Shown here: piece by piece, positions 1 to 10,858 of the stretch | Numbering within the stretch: position 1 is the first letter of the stretch | Layout of the letters: each line of letters begins with the position of its first letter | From: an uncultured Clostridia bacterium | GTDB taxonomy: Bacteria; Bacillota; Clostridia; TANB77; CAG-508 | DNA length: 64,000 nt | Assembly: GCA_944386365.1 (NCBI GenBank) | Contig: CALXAT010000009.1 | Location: forward strand, 1,927 to 65,926 | Reading direction: 5' to 3' | Made by a program: the position numbers and the translations under genes | The notes under the pieces: generated by a model | Databases searched by the model: none | Told to the model about the DNA's origin: nothing | Seen by the model: only the letters and a program-made list of their open reading frames with translations

Positions 1-394
1 TTGTACATACTCTTCTTGTTAACATTCTATCAATCAATTCTTCTCTTGGTGTTACTAAGTTAACAACTAAGTCTACTTTTTCACCTTTTTTACTTAATAT
101 TTCATCTAATTTTTCTGCTTGTTCTATTGTTCTAGGAAATCCATCTAATATTGCTCCATTCTTAGCATCTTCCCATGTCAATCTATCTTCTACCATTGGT
201 ACGGTTACTTCGTCTGGAACTAAATCTCCTTTAGATATGTATTTATCTGCTTCAATACCTAATGGTGTTTTCTCACTAATATTCTTTCTAAAAATATCTC
301 CTGTTGAAATTTGTGGTAATCCTGTTGCTGTACTTATCATACCAGCTACTGTACCTTTTCCTGTACCTTGTGCTCCTAACATAATGATTATCAT
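1..394 (-). CDS. adk: adenylate kinase; 3' end runs off the window start
   Basis: Minus-strand translation MIIIMLGAQGTGKGT... with P-loop and GFPRTIEQAEKLD. RBS AAGGAAG precedes the ATG at 392-394. Follows secY as in the spc operon. Confidence 0.85.
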   Translation of the reverse strand, partial: MIIIMLGAQGTGKGTVAGMISTATGLPQISTGDIFRKNISEKTPLGIEADKYISKGDLVPDEVTVPMVEDRLTWEDAKNGAILDGFPRTIEQAEKLDEILSKKGEKVDLVVNLVTPREELIDRMLTRRVCT

Positions 395-490
395 AAAAAC
401 ACTTCCTTTTCTTTAATTAATTTTAGGGGTTAGTAATAACCTTTTCAATATTTATTAAATATTCGCTTTAGATATCCTAATAAATATTGA

Positions 491-537
491 AAAAATTATT
501 AAAAAAAGTTGCCAAAGAATGTGTGCCTTTTGGCAAC
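491..537 (-). terminator. hairpin GUUGCCAAA/UUUGGCAAC plus U-tract after secY
   Basis: 9-bp GC-containing stem followed by U7AAUAAU6 on the minus strand, between the secY stop and the adk start. Confidence 0.5.
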
Positions 538-549
538 CTCTTCTAATTT

Positions 550-1872
550 CTATTTTTCTAAGAATCCTTTATAATGTCTCATTGCTAATAAAGATTCTAA
601 TTGTTGAACAGTTTCTAGAGCAACACCTACAACAATTAAGATTGAAGTACCTCCAAATGCAATGTTTAGGTTTGTAAATCTTAGTAACATAGGTAATACA
701 GCTATAATTGCTAAGAATAATCCACCGAAAAATGTTAATTTAGAAATAACAGAAGATAAATATTCTGTTGTTGGTTTTCCTGCTCTTATTCCAGGGATAA
801 ATCCACCATTTTTCTTAATATTATTTGATACTTCTGCTGGATTAAATGTAGCATAAGTATAAAAATATGTGAACCCTAAAATTAATAATAAATATACAAT
901 TGCATTTGCTATTGAATACCCAATACCTACATTTGATGTTGATGTAGCAATTGAGAAATTATATAATCCCGCTAAAAATCCAGTTTGACTTGCTATATCT
1001 GGTACAAATATTTGAATAATCATTGCTGGAAATGTCATGAATGATGATGCAAATATGATAGGCATAACACCTGCCATTGCTAATTTCAATGGAATATGTG
1101 TATTTTGTGCTCCCACCATTTTTCTTCCCACTACTTTTTTTGAATATTGTACTGGTATTCTTCTTTCAGCTTGTTGTACAAATACAACACCTGTAACTAA
1201 AACAATTGCTCCAATTATAATACCTATTGCTGTTAATAATCCTGTTGTACTAAATGCTCCACTTGGTACAATAAGATTCCATAATGTTACAACTCCTCTT
1301 GGTAATCCTGAAACAATACCAATAAAGATTAATAGTGATATTCCATTTCCAACACCTTTATTCGTAATTTGATCTCCAAGCCACATTAATATTGATGTAC
1401 CTGTTACTAATCCTGCGACTACTAAAGCACCTGTTAAAAATGTGTCATCAACGAATATTCCACTTGATTTATATGCAAAATAAATACCTATTGATTCTAC
1501 TAAAGCAAGTACAATTGTTAAGATTTTTGTATATCGATTAATTTTCTGTCTGCCTGCTTCTCCACCTTCTTTAGTTAATCTTTCCAATGAAGGTATTATC
1601 ATTGCTAATAATTGTATAACAATAGAAGCTGTAATATATGGACTGATTGACATTGCAAAAACAGAAAATCTAGAAAAAGCTCCTCCGGAAATCATATCAA
1701 TTAGTCCTGCAATACCTTGTGTGCTATTCATAGCATCATTTAAAGCAATACTATCCACTCCAGGTACAGTTATATAGCATCCTAATCTGAATACGACTAC
1801 TAGTAATAAAGTATATAATAATCTTTTTCTTACATCTGGTGTTTTTAATGCGTTTTTTAACGTTTTAAACAA
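550..1872 (-). CDS. secY: preprotein translocase subunit SecY
   Basis: 440-aa polytopic membrane protein with typical SecY sequence; position after rplO. Confidence 0.95.
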   Translation of the reverse strand: MFKTLKNALKTPDVRKRLLYTLLLVVVFRLGCYITVPGVDSIALNDAMNSTQGIAGLIDMISGGAFSRFSVFAMSISPYITASIVIQLLAMIIPSLERLTKEGGEAGRQKINRYTKILTIVLALVESIGIYFAYKSSGIFVDDTFLTGALVVAGLVTGTSILMWLGDQITNKGVGNGISLLIFIGIVSGLPRGVVTLWNLIVPSGAFSTTGLLTAIGIIIGAIVLVTGVVFVQQAERRIPVQYSKKVVGRKMVGAQNTHIPLKLAMAGVMPIIFASSFMTFPAMIIQIFVPDIASQTGFLAGLYNFSIATSTSNVGIGYSIANAIVYLLLILGFTYFYTYATFNPAEVSNNIKKNGGFIPGIRAGKPTTEYLSSVISKLTFFGGLFLAIIAVLPMLLRFTNLNIAFGGTSILIVVGVALETVQQLESLLAMRHYKGFLEK

Positions 1873-2307
1873 TTAAACCACCTCTGCCTTTCCGCCTAAA
1901 GCTTCAATTTCTTCTTTTGCTTTTGCTGTAAATCTTTTGGCTTTTACATTTAATTTTTTCTCTAATTTTCCTGTTGCTAATATAACGATTCCATCATTTA
2001 TTTTTCCGATGATTCCTTCTTGTAAAAGTGTTTCAGCTGTAACATCTGTTGCTTTTGATAAATTAAGCATTTTTAATGTTACTTCTGTGTAAGTTTTAGC
2101 ATGGATATTTGTGAATCCTCTTTTTGGTAATCTTCTATATAATGGTGTTTGACCACCTTCAAAACCTCTTCTTACGCCTCCACCAGATCTTGCTTTTTGT
2201 CCTTTATGACCTCTACCTGATGTTTTACCATTTCCTGATGCCATACCACGACCTACTCTATTTCTTTTTACTTTACTTACAGCTGGTTTTAATTCATCTA
2301 GTTTCAT
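1873..2307 (-). CDS. rplO: 50S ribosomal protein L15
   Basis: MKLDELKP... with GRGxxSGxGKTSGRG motif. RBS GGAGGTG upstream of the ATG at 2307. Confidence 0.9.
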   Translation of the reverse strand: MKLDELKPAVSKVKRNRVGRGMASGNGKTSGRGHKGQKARSGGGVRRGFEGGQTPLYRRLPKRGFTNIHAKTYTEVTLKMLNLSKATDVTAETLLQEGIIGKINDGIVILATGKLEKKLNVKAKRFTAKAKEEIEALGGKAEVV

Positions 2308-2377
2308 TGCGGTTCGCACCTCCTTCAATATTGTTAAGGGACTACACTATCTAAAGTCATCCCTATTTTATTTTTTA

Positions 2378-2863
2378 TTATAAAATATCTTCTACCTTTT
2401 TTCCTCTTTTTTTAGCTACTTGCTCTACTGTTTGCATTGATTTCAATCCTTCTAATGTAGCATAAACAACGTTTCTTGGATTATTTGTTCCAATAACTTT
2501 TGTTCTTATATTCTTATAACCTGCAAGCTCTAATACTGGTCTAACACTACCTCCAGCTATAACTCCAGTACCAACAGCTGCTGGTTTTAACATAACTTTT
2601 GCACTACCAAATTTTCCTACATATTCATGAGGTACTGTTGTTTCTACAACAGGTACTTCTATTAAGTTTTTCTTAGCTTCTTGAATAGCTTTCTTAATAG
2701 CGTCTGGAACTTCTGCTGCTTTACCATTACCTACACCAACATGTCCGTTTTCATCACCAACAACTACAACTGCACTAAATCTAAAAGTTCTACCACCTTT
2801 AACAACTTTAGCAACTCTGTTGATAGCAACTACTTTTTCTTTTAATTCATTCTTTTCTTCCAT
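2378..2863 (-). CDS. rpsE: 30S ribosomal protein S5
   Basis: [26 protein letters not shown] motif. Confidence 0.95.
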   Translation of the reverse strand: MEEKNELKEKVVAINRVAKVVKGGRTFRFSAVVVVGDENGHVGVGNGKAAEVPDAIKKAIQEAKKNLIEVPVVETTVPHEYVGKFGSAKVMLKPAAVGTGVIAGGSVRPVLELAGYKNIRTKVIGTNNPRNVVYATLEGLKSMQTVEQVAKKRGKKVEDIL

Positions 2864-2888
2864 CGGTTTTGTTTCCCTCCTTTTTATT

Positions 2889-3248
2889 TTAGAATTTTAA
2901 TCCGCCTTCTCTTGCAGCTTCTGCTAATTCTTTAACAACACCATGGTATATGTATCCACCACGATCAAAAACAATATTTTCTATTTTCTTTTCAGCTGCT
3001 CTCTTAGCTATTAAAGTTCCAACTTCTTTAGCTGCTTCTTTATTTGCGTGTTTTGTTTTTATTTCTTTATCTAATGTTGATGCTTGGACTAATGTATTTC
3101 CAGCAACATCATCAATAATTTGTGCATAGATATTACTATTGCTTCTATAAACACATAATCTTGGTCTTTCAGCTGTTCCAGATATTTTTCTTCTTACACG
3201 GATATGTCTTCTTTGTCTTTCCATTTTTCTATCTGTTTTCTTTACCAT
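2889..3248 (-). CDS. rplR: 50S ribosomal protein L18
   Basis: [20 protein letters not shown]... typical L18. Confidence 0.95.
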   Translation of the reverse strand: MVKKTDRKMERQRRHIRVRRKISGTAERPRLCVYRSNSNIYAQIIDDVAGNTLVQASTLDKEIKTKHANKEAAKEVGTLIAKRAAEKKIENIVFDRGGYIYHGVVKELAEAAREGGLKF

Positions 3249-3294
3249 TCTTATTACTCCTTTCTTAGAAATTGAGTTCTATTTACTTTTTTTA

Positions 3295-3831
3295 TTATTT
3301 ACCAGTTTTACCTTCCTTACGTCTAATAACCTCATCAGCATATTTGATACCTTTACCTCTATATACTTCTGGTGGTCTTTGTTTTCTAACTTCTGCTGCT
3401 GTTTGCCCAACTAATTCTTTATCAATTCCTTTTACGATAATTGTATTTGCGTTTGGAACATCAAAAGTAATTCCTTCTGGTGCTTCAAATATAACTGGAT
3501 GTGAATATCCTAATGTTAAATTCAAGTTGTTTCCTTGTTTTACAACTCTGTATCCTACACCATTAATTTGTAATTCTTTGCTATACGTTTGTGTTACACC
3601 AATTATCATATTATTAATTAAAGTTCTTGTCAAACCATGTAAACTTCTATTTTGTTTTTCATCATTACTTCTTGTAACTTTAATTACATTTCCATCTAAT
3701 TCTATAGAAATATTTTTATTAAATTCTTTTTCTAATGTACCTTTTGGTCCTGTTACTGTAACTTTTTGTCCTTCAACTTTTACGGTAACATCTGATGGTA
3801 CTGTAATTGGTTTGTTTCCTATTCTTGACAT
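3295..3831 (-). CDS. rplF: 50S ribosomal protein L6
   Basis: MSRIGNKPITVP start with RBS GGAGGG. The ORF-track extension upstream lacks an RBS. Confidence 0.9.
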   Translation of the reverse strand: MSRIGNKPITVPSDVTVKVEGQKVTVTGPKGTLEKEFNKNISIELDGNVIKVTRSNDEKQNRSLHGLTRTLINNMIIGVTQTYSKELQINGVGYRVVKQGNNLNLTLGYSHPVIFEAPEGITFDVPNANTIIVKGIDKELVGQTAAEVRKQRPPEVYRGKGIKYADEVIRRKEGKTGK

Positions 3832-3860
3832 TTTCGGTTTTCCCTCCTTCTTTATTTTTA

Positions 3861-4259
3861 TTACCATACGTATGCTAATACTTCTCCACCGATTCCTAAT
3901 TCTCTTGCTTCTTTATCTGTTTTTAGTCCTTGTGATGTAGAAATAATTGCAATTCCTAAACCATTTAATACTTTTGGTAATTCTTCTTTTGAAGCATATA
4001 CTCTTAATCCTGGTTTACTAATTCTTTTTAATCCATCAATAACTCTTGTTCCTTTTTCATCATATTTTAAAGTTATTCTGATGATTCCTTGTGTATCATC
4101 TTTTATTTCTTCAAAAGATTTTATATATCCTTCTTTAAACAATATTTCAGCAATACCTAATTTCATCTTTGAAGCTGGTATATCTACTGTTTTATGTTTA
4201 GAACTATTTGCATTTCTAATTCTTGTTAACATATCTGCTATTGGATCTGTAATGTTCAT
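3861..4259 (-). CDS. rpsH: 30S ribosomal protein S8
   Basis: [17 protein letters not shown] typical S8 N-terminus. Confidence 0.95.
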   Translation of the reverse strand: MNITDPIADMLTRIRNANSSKHKTVDIPASKMKLGIAEILFKEGYIKSFEEIKDDTQGIIRITLKYDEKGTRVIDGLKRISKPGLRVYASKEELPKVLNGLGIAIISTSQGLKTDKEARELGIGGEVLAYVW

Positions 4260-4302
4260 TTATTACTTACCTCCTTTTCTTTTTTATCTTTCAATCGTTT
4301 TT

Positions 4303-4488
4303 TTACCAGCTAGCTTTCTTAACTCCTGGTATCTCTCCTTTATGAGCTAATTCTCTAAAACATACACGACATATTCCATATTTTCTAATATATGCATGTG
4401 GTCTACCACATATTTTGCATCTATTATATTCTCTTGTTTTATATTTTTGTGGTCTTGCTTGTTTTACTTTCATTGATTTTTTAGCCAT
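4303..4488 (-). CDS. rpsN: 30S ribosomal protein S14 type Z (zinc-binding)
   Basis: 61 aa with CKICGRP...CRVCFR, a C4 zinc ribbon. Confidence 0.95.
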   Translation of the reverse strand: MAKKSMKVKQARPQKYKTREYNRCKICGRPHAYIRKYGICRVCFRELAHKGEIPGVKKASW

Positions 4489-4509
4489 AGTCTTACTCCT
4501 TTCCTTTGA

Positions 4510-5049
4510 CTAATTTTTGAAAGGCATTCCCATTAATTTTAATAACTCTTTAGCTTCTTCGTCTGTTTCAGCTGTTGTTACAAAAATTATATCCATACCT
4601 CTTAATTTATCTACTTTATCATATTCGATTTCAGGGAATATTAATTGTTCTTTTACACCCATAGCGTAATTTCCTCTTCCATCGAAAGAATTTGCTGATA
4701 CTCCTCTAAAATCTCTAACTCTTGGAAGTGCTACATTAAATAGTTTGTAAGCAAAATCATACATTTTATCTGCTCTTAAAGTTACTTTACAACCTACATT
4801 CACACCTTCTCTTAATTTAAATGCTGCAATTGATTTTTTTGCTTTTGTTACAACTGGTCTTTGACCTGTAATTTGCATTAAATCATTCATAGCATTTTCT
4901 AATGATTTAGGATTTTCTTTTACATCTCCTAATCCTATATTGATTACAATTTTATCAAGTTTTGGAACTTGCATAACTGATTTATATCCAAATTTATTCA
5001 TTAATGCTGGGATTACTTCTTTCTCATATTGTTCTCTTAATTTTTCCAT
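4510..5049 (-). CDS. rplE: 50S ribosomal protein L5
   Basis: 179 aa, typical L5. Confidence 0.95.
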   Translation of the reverse strand: MEKLREQYEKEVIPALMNKFGYKSVMQVPKLDKIVINIGLGDVKENPKSLENAMNDLMQITGQRPVVTKAKKSIAAFKLREGVNVGCKVTLRADKMYDFAYKLFNVALPRVRDFRGVSANSFDGRGNYAMGVKEQLIFPEIEYDKVDKLRGMDIIFVTTAETDEEAKELLKLMGMPFKN

Positions 5050-5076
5050 TTTGTATGAATCCTCCTTTCCTTATAA

Positions 5077-5385
5077 TTAATTTAATTTTGCACCGCATTT
5101 TTTACAAACACGAACTTTTTCATCTTTTTCTACACTATATCCAACTTTTGTTACTTTTCCACATTTTGGACAAACAACATTTACTTTAGAAGCTGGTATA
5201 GCACACTCTACTGGTATAATTCCACTTTCGTCTCCTTGTTTTCTAGCTTTAACATGTTTTTTTCTTACATTAACGCCTTTAACAACGATTTTATCTTCTT
5301 TTGGTATTACTTCTAATACTTCTCCTGTTTTACCTTTATCATTTCCAGATAAAACTTGGACATTATCGCCTTTTCTTATTCTCAT
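5077..5385 (-). CDS. rplX: 50S ribosomal protein L24, variant with a C-terminal C4 zinc ribbon
   Basis: KOW motif MRIRKGDNVQVLSGNDKGKTG; C-terminal CPKCGK...CKKCGA. Confidence 0.9.
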   Translation of the reverse strand: MRIRKGDNVQVLSGNDKGKTGEVLEVIPKEDKIVVKGVNVRKKHVKARKQGDESGIIPVECAIPASKVNVVCPKCGKVTKVGYSVEKDEKVRVCKKCGAKLN

Positions 5386-5420
5386 TAGAGATTGCCTCCT
5401 TTTCTATCTTATTTTGCTTA

Positions 5421-5789
5421 TTATAAAACTTCTGGAGCTAAAGATAATATTTTCATATAATCTTTTTCTCTTAACTCTCTTGCAACTGGCCCAAAAATAC
5501 GAGTTCCTCTTGGAGTTCCATCTTCTTTTATTATAACAGCTGCATTTTCATCAAATTTTATATATGAACCATCTGCTCTTCTTAGACCTTTTTTAGATCT
5601 AACAACAACAGCTTTTACAACATCACCTTTTTTAACAACGCCACCTGGTGTTGCTGATTTTACAGAAGCAACAATCACATCTCCGATATTACATGTTTTT
5701 CTATAAGAACCACCTAAACATCTAATACACATAATCTCTTTTGCACCTGTATTATCTGCTACTTTTAATCTTGTTTGTTGTTGTATCAT
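5421..5789 (-). CDS. rplN: 50S ribosomal protein L14
   Basis: [17 protein letters not shown] typical L14. Confidence 0.95.
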   Translation of the reverse strand: MIQQQTRLKVADNTGAKEIMCIRCLGGSYRKTCNIGDVIVASVKSATPGGVVKKGDVVKAVVVRSKKGLRRADGSYIKFDENAAVIIKEDGTPRGTRIFGPVARELREKDYMKILSLAPEVL

Positions 5790-5821
5790 TTTTGGTTCCT
5801 CCCTTCTTCATTTTTCTTAAA

Positions 5822-6085
5822 TTATTTTATATCTGCTTTTTCCAAAACTTCAACGACTCTCCATCTCTTATCTTTAGAAAGTGGTCTTGTTTCCATTACT
5901 TTTACTTTATCACCAATTTGGCAAACATTTTCTTCATCATGTGCTTTTAATTTATATGTTCTTTTAACTGTTTTTCCATATACGCCATGGCTTACATTTG
6001 TTTGTACTGCTACAACAACTGTTTTATCCATTTTGTTTGATTTAACAGTTCCAACCATAACTTTACGAAGATTTCTTTCTTCCAT
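5822..6085 (-). CDS. rpsQ: 30S ribosomal protein S17
   Basis: 87 aa, typical S17. Confidence 0.95.
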   Translation of the reverse strand: MEERNLRKVMVGTVKSNKMDKTVVVAVQTNVSHGVYGKTVKRTYKLKAHDEENVCQIGDKVKVMETRPLSKDKRWRVVEVLEKADIK

Positions 6086-6129
6086 TTAGATTTCTCCTTT
6101 CTGACTATATCTTAATAGCCTTTTATGAT

Positions 6130-6333
6130 TTATTTCTTGCTCTCTGCAATTTTTCTTTCTGTTAATACTGTATTTATTTTAGCTATATCTCTTTTTACTT
6201 CTTTTATTTTCATTGGATTATCTAATCCATTTGTAGCTAAACTAAATTTTAATTTGAATAATTCTGTTTTTAGTTCACCTAATTCTTTCTCTAGTTCTGG
6301 TGAAGACATTTCTCTGATTTTATTTATCTTCAT
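6130..6333 (-). CDS. rpmC: 50S ribosomal protein L29
   Basis: [18 protein letters not shown]...; overlaps the rplP stop. Confidence 0.85.
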   Translation of the reverse strand: MKINKIREMSSPELEKELGELKTELFKLKFSLATNGLDNPMKIKEVKRDIAKINTVLTERKIAESKK

Positions 6334-6763
6334 CATTATCACCTACCTTTTCAGTTTCTCTTGCTATAATTTTTGTTTTGTTAGGTAGTTTATTCATAGC
6401 AAGTCTTAACGCTTCTCTAGCAACATCTTCTGGCACTCCAGCAATTTCAAACATAACTCTTCCTGGTTTAACAACTGCTACCCAATATTCAGGAGCACCT
6501 TTACCTTTACCCATACGAGTTCCGATTGGTTTTGCTGTTATTGGTTTATCTGGGAATATTTTAATCCAAACCTTTCCACCTCTTTTTATATAACGTGTCA
6601 TAGCAATACGAGCTGCTTCAATTTGGTTACCTGTAATTAATCCAGCTGTTACTGCTTGAATTCCATATTCACCATCTGTAACTTTATTTCCTCTTGTTGC
6701 TTTTCCTCTCATTCTACCTTTTTGCATTTTTCTAAATTTTGATCTTTTTGGCATTAATGGCAT
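6320..6763 (-). CDS. rplP: 50S ribosomal protein L16
   Basis: [12 protein letters not shown]... typical L16. Confidence 0.95.
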   Translation of the reverse strand: MPLMPKRSKFRKMQKGRMRGKATRGNKVTDGEYGIQAVTAGLITGNQIEAARIAMTRYIKRGGKVWIKIFPDKPITAKPIGTRMGKGKGAPEYWVAVVKPGRVMFEIAGVPEDVAREALRLAMNKLPNKTKIIARETEKVGDNDEDK

Positions 6764-7419
6764 TATTTGTCTCCTCCTTCCTCTTGTTTAGTAGGAAGAA
6801 CTTCACCTTTATATATCCATACTTTAACACCGATTTTTCCATATGTTGTATTTGCTTCTGCAAATCCATAATCAATATCAGCTCTTAAAGTTTGTAATGG
6901 AATGTTTCCTTCTTTATAAAATTCAGTTCTAGCCATATCAGCTCCACCTAATCTTCCAGATACTGAAGTTTTAATTCCTAAAGCACCTGCTTTCATAGAT
7001 TTTTGCATACATTGTTTCATAGCTCTTCTGAATGAAATTCTTCTTTCTAATTGTCCGGCAATATTTTCTGCTACTAATTGTGCATCTGTATCAATATTTT
7101 TTACCTCTACAATATTTAAGTTAACATCTTTTCCAATTAATTTTGCAAGTTCTGCTTTTATACTTTCAGCTCCTGCTCCACCTTTTCCTATTACGATTCC
7201 TGGTTTAGCAGTATATAAATTTACTTTAACTGCTTTTGCTGTTCTTTCGATTTCTATCTTAGAAATTCCAGCAGTATATAATTTTTTCTTTAAAAATTTA
7301 CGGATTTTTTGATCTTCTACTAAATAATCTGCAAAATTCTTTGAATCTGCATACCATTTAGAATTCCAATCTTTGATTATACCAACTCTCACACCTGTTG
7401 GATGTACTTTTTGTCCCAT
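6763..7419 (-). CDS. rpsC: 30S ribosomal protein S3
   Basis: [14 protein letters not shown] typical S3 with KH domain. Confidence 0.95.
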   Translation of the reverse strand: MGQKVHPTGVRVGIIKDWNSKWYADSKNFADYLVEDQKIRKFLKKKLYTAGISKIEIERTAKAVKVNLYTAKPGIVIGKGGAGAESIKAELAKLIGKDVNLNIVEVKNIDTDAQLVAENIAGQLERRISFRRAMKQCMQKSMKAGALGIKTSVSGRLGGADMARTEFYKEGNIPLQTLRADIDYGFAEANTTYGKIGVKVWIYKGEVLPTKQEEGGDK

Positions 7420-7439
7420 TTTTTATAAATCCTCCTTTC

Positions 7440-7802
7440 CTATTTGTCATCTCTTAATACGATTGTTATATGACTTGTTCTTTTTCTTATTCTCACTGCT
7501 GAACCTTTTGCAGCTGGTCTTATTCTTTTTAATGTAGGACCTTGATTTGCATAGATTTCAGCAACATATAAATTTTCATGTTTCATATCATGGTTATTTT
7601 CAGCATTTGCAATTGCTGATTTCAATAATTTTTCAATGATTTCTGATGATGCTTTTGGTGTAAATTTTACGATTGCTAAAGCTTCGTCTACATTTTTTCC
7701 TCTTATTAAGTCAGCAACAATTTTTACTTTTCTTGCTGAAATTCTTGTGTATTTAAGAGTTGCTCTAGCTTCGTTTCTTACTACTGTTTCTTGCTCTTGC
7801 AC
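7440..7802 (-). CDS. rplV: 50S ribosomal protein L22
   Basis: 120 aa, typical L22. Confidence 0.9.
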   Translation of the reverse strand: MQEQETVVRNEARATLKYTRISARKVKIVADLIRGKNVDEALAIVKFTPKASSEIIEKLLKSAIANAENNHDMKHENLYVAEIYANQGPTLKRIRPAAKGSAVRIRKRTSHITIVLRDDK

Positions 7803-7860
7803 TTTATTCTACCTCCTTGTTTCGTATTCGTGATTCTATTCACTCTATACCATTGGTCTA

Positions 7861-8142
7861 TTATTTACCAACTTTTGTTGTTTTTTCTCCTGCATGACCT
7901 TTATATGTTCTTGTAGGAGCAAATTCACCTAATTTATGACCGATCATTTCTTCTGTAATATAAATTGGAACATGTTTTCTTCCATCATGTACAGCGATTG
8001 TATGACCAACCATTTGTGGATATATTGTTGAAGCTCTTGACCATGTCTTTAAAACATCTTTAGCTCCTGTTTCATTCATAGCTTCAATTCTTTTTAATAA
8101 TTTAGCTTCTACAAATGGTTTCTTCTTGCTTGATCTTGACAT
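7861..8142 (-). CDS. rpsS: 30S ribosomal protein S19
   Basis: [20 protein letters not shown]...; true start at the internal M of the listed ORF. Confidence 0.9.
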   Translation of the reverse strand: MSRSSKKKPFVEAKLLKRIEAMNETGAKDVLKTWSRASTIYPQMVGHTIAVHDGRKHVPIYITEEMIGHKLGEFAPTRTYKGHAGEKTTKVGK

Positions 8143-8204
8143 CAAATTTTCCTCCTTCTCTAGGGTATTGGGGAAATACATAAAATACCCCCACCCATAA
8201 AATT

Positions 8205-9032
8205 TTATTTTCTTCTCTTAACGATAAACTTATTTGATAATTTCTTTTTATTTCTTGTTTTATATCCAAGTGCTGGTTTACCCCAAGGAGTAAGTGGTCC
8301 TGCGTGTCCAACTGGTGCTCTACCTTCACCACCACCATGTGGGTGATCTACTGGGTTCATAACAGATCCTCTAACAGTTGGTCTGATTCCCATATGTCTT
8401 TTTCTACCAGCTTTTCCGATTTTTACATTTTCATGGTCACTGTTTCCAATAACACCAATTGTAGCTCTACATTTAGCTAAGATTAATCTCATTTCTCCTG
8501 AAGGTAATCTTACATGTGCATATTTACCTTCTTTAGCCATCAATTGTGCACTTTGTCCAGCAGCTTTAACTAATTTTCCACCTTGTCCTGGATTTAATTC
8601 TATATTATGAATTAAAGTACCTACTGGAATACTACTAATTGGCATACAGTTACCTGGTTTGATATCTGCTGTTTCTCCAGATACAACTTTATCTCCATCT
8701 TTTAATCCTTGTGGTGCTAAAATATATGCTTTTTCTCCATCTTCATATTGAACTAAAGCAATATTAGCACTTCTGTTTGGATCATATTCGATACCAATAA
8801 CGGTTGCTTCCATATTATCTTTTCTTCTTTTAAAATCAATAATTCTATATTTTTGTCTATTTCCACCACCTTGGTGTCTTACTGTGATTCTACCATAAGA
8901 ATTTCTACCTGCATTTTTCTTTTTCTTTGCAAGTAATGATTTTTCAGGAGTTTTCTTTGTAATTTCTGAAAAGTCTGAAACTGTCATATTTCTTCTTGAT
9001 GGTGTATATGGTTTAAAATGTTTCATTCCCAT
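8205..9032 (-). CDS. rplB: 50S ribosomal protein L2
   Basis: 275 aa, typical L2; RBS AAGGAGAG. Confidence 0.95.
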   Translation of the reverse strand: MGMKHFKPYTPSRRNMTVSDFSEITKKTPEKSLLAKKKKNAGRNSYGRITVRHQGGGNRQKYRIIDFKRRKDNMEATVIGIEYDPNRSANIALVQYEDGEKAYILAPQGLKDGDKVVSGETADIKPGNCMPISSIPVGTLIHNIELNPGQGGKLVKAAGQSAQLMAKEGKYAHVRLPSGEMRLILAKCRATIGVIGNSDHENVKIGKAGRKRHMGIRPTVRGSVMNPVDHPHGGGEGRAPVGHAGPLTPWGKPALGYKTRNKKKLSNKFIVKRRK

Positions 9033-9132
9033 TTTTAATTCTCTCCTTTATATTTTATTAATGGATCTTTTCCTGCTCCATTTACAGATATTCTTTATTA
9101 TCTGGGTATTTTCCCAATATTTTTCTTTTTAA

Positions 9133-9480
9133 TTAAGCTCCCATAAATTCATCAATTGAATCTTTATATTTCTTAGAAGCTTTTACCTCTTTTCCACCTT
9201 TTGTTAGATATGTTTCTTCTGATGGATTTGTATCAATTGTAACAATTGCTTTTTTCCAGTCAGATGTTTTTCCAACATGGTATCCTACTCTTTTTTGTTT
9301 TCCTCTTACAGTAATTGTATTTACATTTAATACTTTTACTTCAAAAAGTTTTTCAACAGCTTTTGCTATTTCAACTTTTGTAGCTTTTTTATTTACTTTG
9401 AAAGTGTATTTACCTTCTTGTAATTGGTCATTACTTTTTTCAGTAACAACTGGTGCGATTATAATTTCTTCTGGTAACAT
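9133..9480 (-). CDS. rplW: 50S ribosomal protein L23, with a C-terminal extension of about 20 aa
   Basis: L23 core followed by extra ...SEETYLTKGGKEVKASKKYKDSIDEFMGA. Confidence 0.85.
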   Translation of the reverse strand: MLPEEIIIAPVVTEKSNDQLQEGKYTFKVNKKATKVEIAKAVEKLFEVKVLNVNTITVRGKQKRVGYHVGKTSDWKKAIVTIDTNPSEETYLTKGGKEVKASKKYKDSIDEFMGA

Positions 9481-10103
9481 TATGCGTACACCTCCTCTAA
9501 TTTTTTAACAGTGTCAACTGGTAAAATTAGATTTGTATATTTTAATAAATCAAATATATTTATGTTATTAGCAACAATTGTTTTAACACCTTCTATATTT
9601 CTTGATGACATTAAAACATTTTTATTGTTTTCTGGAAGAATGATTAATGTTTTTCCTTCAACCTTCATATCTGCTAATGCTTTTACCATTGTCTTTGTTT
9701 TGATTTCTTTTACTTCTAATTTATCAACAACAGTTAACTCTTTTTCTAAAACTTTAGAACTTAATACTGACTTAATTGCAAGTCTCTTTTCTTTTTTATT
9801 AACAGAATATTTATATGAACGAGGTTTTGGTCCTAAAGCAATACCACCCTTTATCCATTGTGGAGCTCTGATTGAACCTTGTCTTGCTCTACCTGTTCCT
9901 TTTTGTCTCCATGGTTTTTTACCACCACCTGAAACTTCTGCTCTTGTTTTTGTACTTTGTGTACCTTGTCTTTGATTAGCTAAATAGTTTACTAAAACGC
10001 TATGTACAATAGCTTCATTTGGTTCAATTCCAAATACACTATCTGCTAATTCTATATCACTTACTTTTTTACCTTTCATATCTAAAACGTCTACTTTTGG
10101 CAT
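9480..10103 (-). CDS. rplD: 50S ribosomal protein L4
   Basis: 207 aa, typical L4. Confidence 0.95.
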   Translation of the reverse strand: MPKVDVLDMKGKKVSDIELADSVFGIEPNEAIVHSVLVNYLANQRQGTQSTKTRAEVSGGGKKPWRQKGTGRARQGSIRAPQWIKGGIALGPKPRSYKYSVNKKEKRLAIKSVLSSKVLEKELTVVDKLEVKEIKTKTMVKALADMKVEGKTLIILPENNKNVLMSSRNIEGVKTIVANNINIFDLLKYTNLILPVDTVKKLEEVYA

Positions 10104-10123
10104 TTTGTTCTTCCTCCTTCCTT

Positions 10124-10759
10124 CTATTTAGTAGCCTTTACAGCTGATTTTACTTTTAAGATAGCTCCTTTTGCTCCTGGAACACTACCTTTTACTAATA
10201 TTACATTTTTATCCATATCTACTCTTACAACATCTAAGTTTTGTATTGTAACTGTAACTCTTCCCATATGTCCTGGTAGTTTTTTACCTTTAAATACTCT
10301 ACCTGGTGTTGATGTAGATCCCATTGAACCTGGTCTTCTATGATACATAGAACCATGTCCCATTGGTCCTCTGTGTTGTCCATGTCTTTTGATAACACCT
10401 TGGAATCCTTTTCCTTTTGATGTTCCTTGAACATCAATTTTTTCTCCTGCTTCAAAAACATCTGCTTTTACTTCGTCTCCAACTTTGATTCCTTCTATTG
10501 AATCTAGTCTGAATTCTCTTAAATGTTTTTTATTAGCTAATTTTGCTTTTGCAAAATGTCCTGCTTCTGGTTTATTGATATGTTTATCTTTTACATCTCC
10601 AAACCCTAATTGAACTGCATTGTAACCATCTGTTTCTACTGTTTTTACTTGTGCTACAACACATGGTCCAACTTCTATAACTGTTACTGGAATTACATTT
10701 CCTCTTTCATCAAAGATTTGTGTCATTCCAATTTTTCTTCCGATTATTCCTTTTTTCAT
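10124..10759 (-). CDS. rplC: 50S ribosomal protein L3
   Basis: 211 aa, typical L3. Confidence 0.95.
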   Translation of the reverse strand: MKKGIIGRKIGMTQIFDERGNVIPVTVIEVGPCVVAQVKTVETDGYNAVQLGFGDVKDKHINKPEAGHFAKAKLANKKHLREFRLDSIEGIKVGDEVKADVFEAGEKIDVQGTSKGKGFQGVIKRHGQHRGPMGHGSMYHRRPGSMGSTSTPGRVFKGKKLPGHMGRVTVTIQNLDVVRVDMDKNVILVKGSVPGAKGAILKVKSAVKATK

Positions 10760-10858
10760 TTTATTTCCTCCTAACTATTGGCTGATATTTAGATTGCATT
10801 TTTTAAATGTATACCAGCTTGGTTTTGATGCTACATAATATATTGTAGTCTTAAAAAA

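Noticed and set aside
3272-3940. Long plus-strand ORFs antisense to the ribosomal protein genes (for example 3272-3940, 9511-9975, 5775-6089, 14832-15251, 27129-27626)
   Set aside because: They overlap strongly conserved genes on the other strand. Their low-complexity Phe/Leu/Ser-rich translations are typical of antisense AT-rich coding DNA. They have no RBS.
10234-10461. Alternative-frame minus ORFs nested inside rplC, the rpsS/rplB junction (8102-8338), the GNAT gene (35705-35917) and the transketolase gene
   Set aside because: These are same-strand out-of-frame overlaps within well-supported genes. They have no independent start signals.
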